DNA from: a virus
Virus record (IMG/VR): IMGVR_UViG_3300032093_000070
Coordinates: 17,010 to 81,009 of that record
Strand: one strand, 5' to 3'
DNA: 64,000 nucleotides
In this document: positions 29,179 through 37,476 of the stretch, in pieces
Layout: each line of letters begins with the position of its first letter
Numbering within the stretch: position 1 is the first letter of the stretch
Program-made: the position numbers and the translations under genes
Notes under the pieces: model-generated
Database searches by the model: none
The model's input: the letters and a program-made list of their open reading frames with translations, nothing else
What the model was told of the DNA's origin: nothing

Positions 29179-29340
29179 TTATTTCTTCTTTTTCTTAGAC
29201 ATTCCAGCTTCGCTCATGGCAATAGCCACAGCTTGCTTCTTTGATTTGACTACAGGACCTTTGCCAGGACCTTTCTTGCCAGACTTCAAGGTTTTATTCT
29301 TGAACTCCTTCATTACTTTCTGTACTTTATCCTGCGCCAT
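29179..29340 (-). CDS. 53-aa Lys-rich protein (KVMKEFK...KQAVAIAMSEAG)
   Basis: Hand translation; GGAGG SD upstream. Confidence 0.75.
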   Translation of the reverse strand: MAQDKVQKVMKEFKNKTLKSGKKGPGKGPVVKSKKQAVAIAMSEAGMSKKKKK

Positions 29341-29348
29341 GGTTCCTC

Positions 29349-29891
29349 CTAGGACTGAGCGTAAGTTGCAAACTGAGCGTCGTTGACCAACTCTTCAGGC
29401 ATGAGCTGAGCACACTTGAGAACAATAATTGTACCGCGGTCAGTGACATAACCTTGGGTCTGTGTCTGGATCGGACGATACAACTGACCCTGCCAAGCCA
29501 CTCGATACTTGTTAGCGAAGTTAATCTGTGGTCGGATAAAGCCGCGTTCATCAAAGAAAAGCTCAGGGCTAACTTCTTGTAGATCGTCAATGTTTACAGT
29601 GAGCTTGAGGGAGTCGGATGAGTAGAAGCCTCGTTGGTTAGCTTGATTAACACCATGGGTGATAGATGCGCTAATAACTAGTAGTTCGTAAGGGCCGTCC
29701 CATACGCGACCACTGCCGATTGGCTCAACATCATAGATAGGATCTTTAGTTGAGGAAACATCGTTGTAGATCCACCACTCCGCAGAGGTACCAAAAGGAT
29801 TAGTTGCATCAACAGTTATGCCAGTGCCTACTTCGTCAAGTTCCCAGTCAGTAGAGAACCGACCACCCGGCTCAAAGGATCTTTGTGGCAT
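29349..29891 (-). CDS. hypothetical, possible head-closure/neck protein
   Basis: 180-aa ORF coupled to the glycosyltransferase stop. Confidence 0.5.
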   Translation of the reverse strand: MPQRSFEPGGRFSTDWELDEVGTGITVDATNPFGTSAEWWIYNDVSSTKDPIYDVEPIGSGRVWDGPYELLVISASITHGVNQANQRGFYSSDSLKLTVNIDDLQEVSPELFFDERGFIRPQINFANKYRVAWQGQLYRPIQTQTQGYVTDRGTIIVLKCAQLMPEELVNDAQFATYAQS

Positions 29892-30937
29892 TAGCTCTCC
29901 TTGGCTTTGTAGAATACTAGGTTACGGCTTAACCGCTCGTCTGTGGGGTTGAGCTCCACTGCCTTCTGCCCGTATTCAATAGCCAATTCTGTAAGCCCTA
30001 AGTTATAAGCAGCAAGCGCCGCTAAGTCATAAACCTCATGCCCCCAAGCAAAGTCTTCAACGATGTAGTCAAGTCTTTTTTCTTTTATAAGAAGGGCGTT
30101 CTGCGCCCAGTCAAGGCACAGGCTCCAGTCTTTGTCATAGTAGTGCCGCGCCAATAGAACCATTGGCTCTCTGCTACCAGAGTATTCAGCAATAGACTTT
30201 TCGCACCAGTAAGGTGCGTTCTCTGGTTCTACACGAGCAAGGTAATTCATAGCTGATGCTTTTTCAGGTGACCACCAAGCCATAGTTAAATAGCGTTTAA
30301 ATTCTTTTGCTGATTGACTATACAAACCGTGAAAGTAAAGTTCTCTTGCATAGTAAAACGACGCTCGTTCGCTATGCGGTTCTTCATGAACAGCCATGGC
30401 TAATAAAGGCAAGTACTGTCCGCGAGACTTTGTGTGATCTGGTCTGTGATGGATTTCAAAATTCATTTTCATGCGTTTTTCTTCAATACCATAGGGACTA
30501 GGTATTTCGTGGATCGGAAAACGCCAACGGTATCCAAAGCGAGTATGGATTCTAAAACCATCAAACTCTGTGCCAGGACTTCCATCTGGAAGCCATGATG
30601 TTATAAATCTGTATAGGGGTCTAGTAATCCCCTGCTCGTGCGCTCGCTCAAGTTCTTCACGCCAGCCGGGTTGTAGAACCTCGTCCATATCAAGAGCAAT
30701 GCAGTAATCAATATCTGTAGGTAGCATGAAGAGTGCGGCATTGCGGGCGTCATCAAAACGCCATGGCTTAATAGTTACTTGGTGAACATTGATCCCAAGC
30801 TCTAAAGCTTTCTCCACAGTACGGTCAGTTGACCCTGTGTCCATGATCATGAAGTAATCGGCGCCTTCGCCGGATCTAAACCAGCGTTCTACGAATTGTT
30901 CTTCGTTAAGGGCGATTGTATAAATCGCTACCTTCAT
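29891..30937 (-). CDS. glycosyltransferase family 2 with C-terminal TPR-like repeats
   Basis: YTIALNEE, DTGSTD, WRFDDARN, LDMDE, IHE, FYYARELY. Confidence 0.9.
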   Translation of the reverse strand: MKVAIYTIALNEEQFVERWFRSGEGADYFMIMDTGSTDRTVEKALELGINVHQVTIKPWRFDDARNAALFMLPTDIDYCIALDMDEVLQPGWREELERAHEQGITRPLYRFITSWLPDGSPGTEFDGFRIHTRFGYRWRFPIHEIPSPYGIEEKRMKMNFEIHHRPDHTKSRGQYLPLLAMAVHEEPHSERASFYYARELYFHGLYSQSAKEFKRYLTMAWWSPEKASAMNYLARVEPENAPYWCEKSIAEYSGSREPMVLLARHYYDKDWSLCLDWAQNALLIKEKRLDYIVEDFAWGHEVYDLAALAAYNLGLTELAIEYGQKAVELNPTDERLSRNLVFYKAKES

Positions 30938-31044
30938 TACTCAGAAAATACTAAGTCGTATCCGATTACTGCGCCAGAGTCGTCTGTTACTTCAAACTTC
31001 TCAGCACCAGTTTCTGGATCAATACCTAAACTTCTACGTGGCAT
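30937..31044 (-). CDS. 35-aa hypothetical protein (not in the ORF track)
   Basis: [35 protein letters not shown]; TAATG overlap at both ends. Confidence 0.6.
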   Translation of the reverse strand: MPRRSLGIDPETGAEKFEVTDDSGAVIGYDLVFSE

Positions 31045-32843
31045 TATTCGAACCTCCCCCACACTCCAACGATACTTGATGTAAAGGATGAAGCGGTAGT
31101 TGGAAGATCAGCTTGAGCAGATACCAAACCTGTCATTCTTGGAGAGAGCGCTCCCATTGCAGATGGGATTAGGTCAAACGCTGTATACAAGTTAGCTGGT
31201 GAGCTTCCTACCCAGATAACACCTAGGGCGTAGCGTTGACCCGCTAGTAGGGTATAGGTTGCTGGATACCCACCAGTGGTATCAAAGTTGCGAACATAAG
31301 CAGTGTTGGTGCTTGCAAATAGGCTGGTATCAGAGGCCGTTCTTGCTACTAATGTAGCAGTACTGCCGTCAAAGGTATACAAACCAAGTCGAGCAAGAGT
31401 AGTTCCAGTAGCCGCGGTAGCCGCGCTTACAACACGAATCTGATCAACCGTTACTTCATAACGAGGAGTAAAGAAAGTAAAGTAGACATTTCCTGTAGCC
31501 ACAGATCCATTCCAGTTACCTTGACGAGGTGCGACATCTACTGCACTGAGGTCTTCGTTTCTAGATCCGGCAGAGGCTGAGGTTTCATCAACCCAGATAA
31601 GTCCTGTAGAGGTAGAGGATTTAGCTTTGAGGACATAGGTGTCTGTTCCCACGGGAAGTCTAGTAATAGCATTAGATCCGGTCGCCACGAGTAGATCTCC
31701 CTTTGCTGTAGCAATATGGCTACCAAGCAAAGTGGTATCTGCAGCAGGAACTGTTACGGTTACATCCGCAACTGGATCTGTAAAGCTAAGAGTTGTTTCA
31801 TAGGCGTCAGCGCTAGATCCCTCAACCGTAATACTGGAGTCAGACAGATAAAGACCAGAGACTGTAGGTGAGGTTAGGGTAAGACCTGCGACAGTAGCGG
31901 CTGTTCCACCAAGAGCTACTGAGGTAGATCCAATAGTTACGCTGTCGTATTGAAGCTTAGCGTTAGTGACATTATCGTCTGCAATTTTAGTAGTAGTAAC
32001 CGATCCATCTACTGGTGTACGCTCATTAGTTAAACGAGTGTCATTTCCTTTAACTACTTCGCTAGTTCCGGCATCTCCAGTAGCCGCGACATTATGAGTG
32101 GATGCGGTACCAAGACCTGTTACTTGGGTGTTAGCGATGCTAATTAAAGACTGATTAATACCTACAGTTTGAGTAGGGCTATCGTATGTAATTGGTGATG
32201 TAGCAGTAACAACACTGTTAGGGCCAGTTGGACCTGTCGCTCCAGTGGCTCCTGTTGGGCCTGTATCACCTGTAGGACCAGTAGGGCCAGTATTACCTTG
32301 CGGACCAGTAGGGCCGGTAGCGCCAACAATTTGTCCTGCGCTATACCAAACAGATCCATCCCATATATAAAGATCGCCGTCTGCATCTACGATATACGCA
32401 TCGTTAATTGCAAGACCTACAGCAGGTAGTGCGCCTACTGTTGCAACGCTACCAATTAAATTAATACCAACACCTTGTGGACCAGTGGCTCCTGTAGCGC
32501 CAGTAGGGCCTGTAGGACCCACGCTTCCTGTTGCACCTGTCGCTCCAGTAGATCCAGTCGCACCAGTTTGAAGAGTTAAATTAAGAGTTTGATTTGGAGC
32601 TGTACCTGTAATTGTTGCTGCGGCGGGTCCAGCTGATACCGTTCCAATTGTTAAAGAATTAGTAGGTCCTGTTGGTCCAGTTGTACCTGATGAATAAGGA
32701 AGCGAGTTCCATGCTTGCGATCCATTACCAATTTTAAATTTGCCAGTATCGTATTCGTAACCAGCTTCACCTTGTGAAAGAATTGGGTTTGCAGATGTCC
32801 ACTGCGCTGCAGTGCCTCGTCTAAATTGAACTTTAACTGCCAT
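31044..32843 (-). CDS. fibre protein with Mtd-N/hyaluronidase-N-like anchor and collagen-like segments
   Basis: [36 protein letters not shown]; (GPT/GAT)n. Confidence 0.8.
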   Translation of the reverse strand: MAVKVQFRRGTAAQWTSANPILSQGEAGYEYDTGKFKIGNGSQAWNSLPYSSGTTGPTGPTNSLTIGTVSAGPAAATITGTAPNQTLNLTLQTGATGSTGATGATGSVGPTGPTGATGATGPQGVGINLIGSVATVGALPAVGLAINDAYIVDADGDLYIWDGSVWYSAGQIVGATGPTGPQGNTGPTGPTGDTGPTGATGATGPTGPNSVVTATSPITYDSPTQTVGINQSLISIANTQVTGLGTASTHNVAATGDAGTSEVVKGNDTRLTNERTPVDGSVTTTKIADDNVTNAKLQYDSVTIGSTSVALGGTAATVAGLTLTSPTVSGLYLSDSSITVEGSSADAYETTLSFTDPVADVTVTVPAADTTLLGSHIATAKGDLLVATGSNAITRLPVGTDTYVLKAKSSTSTGLIWVDETSASAGSRNEDLSAVDVAPRQGNWNGSVATGNVYFTFFTPRYEVTVDQIRVVSAATAATGTTLARLGLYTFDGSTATLVARTASDTSLFASTNTAYVRNFDTTGGYPATYTLLAGQRYALGVIWVGSSPANLYTAFDLIPSAMGALSPRMTGLVSAQADLPTTASSFTSSIVGVWGRFE

Positions 32844-33184
32844 CAGGGTCCTCCGCAATCAACGGGGTCAACGCCACCATAGATCGATGTGGGATCTCCA
32901 CAATCGACATTTTGAAAAATAGGACCTTGTGGTCCTGTTGCACCTGTAGGACCAGTTGCTCCTGCACCAGTTGGTCCAGTTGGTCCAGTAGGTCCAGTAG
33001 GTCCCGGTACAGTAGAAGGTTCAGTTGATACAGGTCCTGTTGGTCCTGTAGCTCCAGTTGGTCCAGTAGGTCCAACTAAAGATATTACTACAGTTCGCCA
33101 AACATTTCCGTCCCATTCCCATGCTTGACCACCATAAGTATATTGTTGACCTATGGAAGGGGATGAGGGAAAATCTGCCGGCAT
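32843..33184 (-). CDS. short collagen-like protein
   Basis: DFPSSP...WEWDGNVW head, GPT repeats, C-terminal VDCG motifs. Confidence 0.75.
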   Translation of the reverse strand: MPADFPSSPSIGQQYTYGGQAWEWDGNVWRTVVISLVGPTGPTGATGPTGPVSTEPSTVPGPTGPTGPTGPTGAGATGPTGATGPQGPIFQNVDCGDPTSIYGGVDPVDCGGP

Positions 33185-33193
33185 GTTTTAATT

Positions 33194-33574
33194 CTACTGG
33201 TAAAGCCACATATCTTCGGGCTCTACCCAATGCTCTTGCAGAACAAAGTGCATCCCTAATTCTTTCATTCTTTCTTGGACTTGCCGCTGTGCGCCAGCCC
33301 CATAGTATGTTTCTAGCCCTTTTCCTTTTAGTTCATTTTCCCAGCCTGTACGAACCATATAAAATTCAGCGTAAGGACTCCAAGCTGCGTATACCCCCCA
33401 ACCTCCACTGTACTCAGCAACCACTTCCCATATGTCTACATCTTCAATTTGTAGCTCTCTTGCGTAGTCCCAATCTCTTTTAGGGGGAAGGATGACCTTG
33501 TCACTATCCATCCAATTAGGATCAAAGTACTCGCCAAAGTCCTTAAATATATTGTGGGTGGTTTTAAATCTCAT
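33194..33574 (-). CDS. hypothetical protein
   Basis: 126-aa aromatic-rich ORF, divergent from the oxygenase cassette. Confidence 0.65.
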   Translation of the reverse strand: MRFKTTHNIFKDFGEYFDPNWMDSDKVILPPKRDWDYARELQIEDVDIWEVVAEYSGGWGVYAAWSPYAEFYMVRTGWENELKGKGLETYYGAGAQRQVQERMKELGMHFVLQEHWVEPEDMWLYQ

Positions 33575-33582
33575 AGCAAAGT

Positions 33583-33590
33583 AGTATACT
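33583..33590. promoter_or_regulatory. palindromic AGTATACT giving a TATACT -10 on both strands of a 47-bp divergent gap
   Basis: Seen directly; promoter function is inferred. Confidence 0.4.
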
Positions 33591-33621
33591 CACTGTACTT
33601 ACAGAAAGGTCATTAAAACTG

Positions 33622-34251
33622 ATGGCTACTCAAATACACGGTCTATTTCCTGGAGAACTATTGCCCTCTACCACCGTGGCAGGTTGCGTTGATATATTTG
33701 AAAATGCTTGGCCTAACCCAAAAGAGACCATAGAAATGGTTGAGGGTGAATGTGCCAAAATTGGTTCTGGCATGGCTTGGTCAAGAGCAACAACAATGGG
33801 TCAAGGCATTCATCAAAATATTAGAACTAATTATCATTTAGGAATAACTGAAGCGGGATCAACTTACGACAACCCTGTTGCTCACACAGTACATAATCAA
33901 ATGTATGTCCTTTTGCTATCTACAACTCTTCCTTATTCAAGGAAACATGATATTGAATACATGCAACATGAGCCGTACAACATGTTGAAGTACAGCGGAG
34001 GTCAAGAGTATAAAGCTCATGCGGACGGGACTACTGAAACTGGAAGAGCAATTTCTGCAATCGTTTATTTAAACGATGAATTTGAAGGTGGCGAAGTAGA
34101 GTTTGTAAACTTTGGCGTTAAAATAAAACCAGAGCCGGGAATGCTGTTACTGTTTCCTTCTACTTATCCTTACACCCATATAGCTCATCCAGTAACTTCT
34201 GGAACTAAATACGCTTTAGTAACTTGGATTCACGATAGGGCAATTAAATGA
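33622..34251 (+). CDS. 2OG-Fe(II) oxygenase, prolyl-4-hydroxylase-like
   Basis: YKAHAD, SAIVYLNDEFEGGE, LLLFPS..YTH..PVTSGTKY. Confidence 0.9.
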   Translation: MATQIHGLFPGELLPSTTVAGCVDIFENAWPNPKETIEMVEGECAKIGSGMAWSRATTMGQGIHQNIRTNYHLGITEAGSTYDNPVAHTVHNQMYVLLLSTTLPYSRKHDIEYMQHEPYNMLKYSGGQEYKAHADGTTETGRAISAIVYLNDEFEGGEVEFVNFGVKIKPEPGMLLLFPSTYPYTHIAHPVTSGTKYALVTWIHDRAIK

Positions 34252-34871
34252 ACGAAGATTTTAAAACTAAAAAGTACTGTGTTGTTGAGTCTGGTCTTTC
34301 TAAAGACATTATAAATTTGGTTACTCAATACGCCCTTTTTGATGAAATGCAGAATTACAGCCCAGAGACAAGTGAACAACAGGTTCCGGGCGCTCACAGT
34401 TGTTATGCCGATCCTTTGATGGAGTCTCTCTTGCTTCATTTGCAACCAGAGATTGAAAAACATACTGGGCTATCTCTATACCCTACTTACTCTTACTACC
34501 GCGTCTATCACCCAGGAGACGAATTAAAACACCATGTTGACAGGCCTTCATGCGAAATATCTTTAACGATATCTTTTGAGTTTGATTTTAAAGGGGAGCT
34601 AAAAGCTTGGCCTATATACATAGATGGTACCCCTGTCGAACTAATGCCTGGTCAAATGGCTATTTATCGAGGAATTGATTTAGATCACTGGAGAGAAAAG
34701 TTAGAGGCCCCAGAGGGATCCTGGCATGTACAAGCTTTCCTTCATTATGTAGATGTAAACGGGCCGCATGCCGAGTATAAGTGGGATAAGAGAAACTCAA
34801 TAGGAGTAGCAAAACCAAATGTAATTTCAAACGCTACACCTAAAAAGAGTTATATTACTTATACAAAATGA
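34248..34871 (+). CDS. 2OG-Fe(II) oxygenase-like protein
   Basis: YRVYHPGDELKHHVDRPSCEIS...YRG..LDHWRE (HxD...H). Confidence 0.75.
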   Translation: MNEDFKTKKYCVVESGLSKDIINLVTQYALFDEMQNYSPETSEQQVPGAHSCYADPLMESLLLHLQPEIEKHTGLSLYPTYSYYRVYHPGDELKHHVDRPSCEISLTISFEFDFKGELKAWPIYIDGTPVELMPGQMAIYRGIDLDHWREKLEAPEGSWHVQAFLHYVDVNGPHAEYKWDKRNSIGVAKPNVISNATPKKSYITYTK

Positions 34872-36502
34872 TTGTTGTAGGAGTAAGCAGATTCCACAAC
34901 TCCTCTGTTTGTTTAATAAAAGATGGGGAAATACTTTTCCACATAGACAACGAACGCCTATCTAATATTAAATACGACAGGTATCCTTTTTTAGCCTTGT
35001 CTAAAATAAAAGAGTATGTTGACCATGTTGATGTTGTAGCGATCGCCGGTCTTGGTCCAACTGTACCCGGGGAATACTTTGAAAGCACAGATGTCTACAC
35101 TACTTTTATTCGTGGGCTTGGTAAAACTTTCTTTAACTCAGACATAAAAATTTATAACTTTAGTATGGAGCACCATTTGACTCATGCTGCATCTGCGTTT
35201 TATTCCTCTGGGTTTTCTAATGCTCTCTGTATAGTAAAAGATGGGATGGGATCTGAGGTCTATTTAAATGATTCAATGTTTCTTGAAGGCACCTTTGGGA
35301 GAGAAACAATGTCTGTGTTTAAGGCGTCTTATCCAAGCAAGTTTAGTCGTTTACATCAAGAGGTTCTTGTTAACTTTAAAACCGATCCTATCTACCTAAA
35401 AGAAGGTGTTTCTGTTACAAATAATTTTGGAGAGGCGCTTGCGTTTGAAGATACATCAAAGGCTTTTGGTTTTCACGGCCTTGATGCAGGTAAAGTAATG
35501 GGCATGTCGTCTTACGGTAAATCAAATAAAAACATTCCACCCATATATGTAGACGGAAGAATAAACACTAATATTTTTTATGTGGGTAGCTCTTTATTGG
35601 ATCGAGAGTTGAGGTACAACAAGTTTAACGATTTTCAAGATAAAGCTGATTTTGCCTATTCCTTACAAAAAGCAACGCAAACACATGTAAAAGATCAAAT
35701 TATTAAATGGCATGAAAGCACAGGAGTAAAAGATATTTGTTTATCTGGCGGGTTCTTTTTAAACTGTGTTGCTAATTACGAATATCTTAAAGACCTCCCA
35801 AAAGGTGTACGACTTTATATAGAACCTATATCAAGTGACTCTGGAACAGCTATGGGTGCCGCAAAATTAGCGTGGCACATGGAAACAAAAGATATGTCTA
35901 TCAGAGAACAAAAATCCGTATATTACGGTCCAATGCCTGTTATTGATAGTAATAAATATGTAAAAAACACATCTAGTTCTGAGGTGGCAAACAAACTTGT
36001 AAAAGGAAAAATTATTGCCATATATCAAGGTAGATCAGAAGCTGGACCTAGGGCCTTAGGCAATAGAAGTATTTTATTTGACCCTAGAGTTAGAGATGGA
36101 AAAGACATTGTAAACAGGGTTAAAAAGAGAGAATGGTTTAGACCCTTCGCGGGTACGGTTCTTCTTGATTATGCCCACGAGTGGTTTGATCTTAGGGGTC
36201 TTGAGGAAAGTCCCTTTATGATGTATGCCGTTGATGTTTTAGAAGATAAGAAAGACAAAATTCCAGCCATTGTTCATGTAGACGGAACATGTCGAATTCA
36301 AACAGTTACCAGAGAGCAGAACCCGCATTACTACGATTTAATAAATGAGTTCTATAAACTTACTGGCGTCCCAATACTATTTAACACTTCGTTTAACTTA
36401 GCTGGAGATTGCATTGTAGAGACCTTAGACGATGCGATCTCTACAGTGCAGGAAAGTGATATTGACTTTCTTTATCTTCCAGAACTACAAGTATTACTTT
36501 AA
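34868..36502 (+). CDS. O-carbamoyltransferase (NodU/CmcH/TobZ family)
   Basis: ERLS..K, HHLTHAASAFYSS, GKVMGMSSYG, SGGFFLNC, GPRALGNRSIL, KKREWFRPFA, HVDGTCRIQTV, NTSFN. Confidence 0.93.
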   Translation: MIVVGVSRFHNSSVCLIKDGEILFHIDNERLSNIKYDRYPFLALSKIKEYVDHVDVVAIAGLGPTVPGEYFESTDVYTTFIRGLGKTFFNSDIKIYNFSMEHHLTHAASAFYSSGFSNALCIVKDGMGSEVYLNDSMFLEGTFGRETMSVFKASYPSKFSRLHQEVLVNFKTDPIYLKEGVSVTNNFGEALAFEDTSKAFGFHGLDAGKVMGMSSYGKSNKNIPPIYVDGRINTNIFYVGSSLLDRELRYNKFNDFQDKADFAYSLQKATQTHVKDQIIKWHESTGVKDICLSGGFFLNCVANYEYLKDLPKGVRLYIEPISSDSGTAMGAAKLAWHMETKDMSIREQKSVYYGPMPVIDSNKYVKNTSSSEVANKLVKGKIIAIYQGRSEAGPRALGNRSILFDPRVRDGKDIVNRVKKREWFRPFAGTVLLDYAHEWFDLRGLEESPFMMYAVDVLEDKKDKIPAIVHVDGTCRIQTVTREQNPHYYDLINEFYKLTGVPILFNTSFNLAGDCIVETLDDAISTVQESDIDFLYLPELQVLL

Positions 36503-37467
36503 GAATTAACTGGGTAGCGGATAATCACAACGCCGTGACCACCAGCTCCGCCTTCTCCACCAGGAGTTGGAGGAGGAGATGCTCCAGCACCGCCTCCGCC
36601 TCCGCCACCAAGACCGTTTGTTCCAGCGTATCCAGTACTTGGACCAGAACTGTTTAACCAACCACCGGCTCCGCCACCGCCAGGTCCGCCAGCTCCGCCA
36701 GCAACTCCCGGTGCGGGACCTCCGCCTCCGCCTCCGCCGCCTCCGGCGTAAGTAATAGAAGAACCTGAAATAGAAAATGCTAAACCGCTTCCGCCAACAG
36801 TTACACGGCCTTGACCTCCAGGGTTACCAGCGCTTCCAGCACCACCACCACTAGATCCACTATAAATTGGCGAGTTAATGCAGTCGCCACCTTTAAATCC
36901 ATAACCAATTCCGCCACCACTAGGTCCCTGTGTTGCAGATCCTCCGGGTGCGTTTGGTTGTGATCCACCACCACCGCCACCACCGCCGGATCCGCCTGGA
37001 CCTCCAAAGCTTCCTGGACCTCCAGGTCCGCATCCGCCGTAGCCACCACCGATAGCAGTGATTCCATTGAATACTGAGTTGCCACCTTGGTTTCCTGGTG
37101 ACTGAGAGTTTCCTGCGGTAAATGTAGCTCCCGCTCCAACTGTTACAGATAAAGCACCAGATGTTACTGGGCTTGCAGAGTGATAAACAAGACCACCTGC
37201 TCCAGCACCACCGCCACCATCTGAACCACCGGTGTTTGCGCCAGAGTTTCTAGATCCACCAGATCCACCGCCAGCAAGCACTAATACTTCAACATTTCCA
37301 GAAGCAGTGGCAGTAAAAGTTTGAGCACCACCTGTATAGTTAAAAGTATGAATGCGGTAACCACCAGCAGTTGTAATGGTTCCGCCAGTAGAGTCGCTTA
37401 ATCTGGCAGTTGGTCTAAACCGTCCCTGTGGTCCGAACGAAGATCGAACAGATGCTATAAAAGGCAT
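36499..37467 (-). CDS. glycine-rich (polyglycine) virion/adhesin-like protein
   Basis: GGTITTAGGYRIHTF, many GGGGG runs, C-terminal GHGVVIIRYP. Confidence 0.75.
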   Translation of the reverse strand: MPFIASVRSSFGPQGRFRPTARLSDSTGGTITTAGGYRIHTFNYTGGAQTFTATASGNVEVLVLAGGGSGGSRNSGANTGGSDGGGGAGAGGLVYHSASPVTSGALSVTVGAGATFTAGNSQSPGNQGGNSVFNGITAIGGGYGGCGPGGPGSFGGPGGSGGGGGGGGSQPNAPGGSATQGPSGGGIGYGFKGGDCINSPIYSGSSGGGAGSAGNPGGQGRVTVGGSGLAFSISGSSITYAGGGGGGGGGPAPGVAGGAGGPGGGGAGGWLNSSGPSTGYAGTNGLGGGGGGGAGASPPPTPGGEGGAGGHGVVIIRYPVNS

Positions 37468-37476
37468 TTAAGCTCC

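Noticed and set aside
28101-29386. Several Phe/Leu-rich plus-strand ORFs that look like membrane proteins
   Set aside because: Antisense of AAG/AAA Lys codons; the minus-strand micro-ORFs have coupled starts and stops
31044-32843. Mtd-like N-terminus suggesting a diversity-generating retroelement
   Set aside because: No reverse transcriptase and no template/variable repeat pair seen in the window; this anchor domain is common in ordinary fibres
33622-34251. P4H-like enzyme as an animal-type collagen prolyl hydroxylase
   Set aside because: The collagen triplets here carry Pro mostly in the X position and Thr in Y, so the X-Pro-Gly substrate is scarce; target left open
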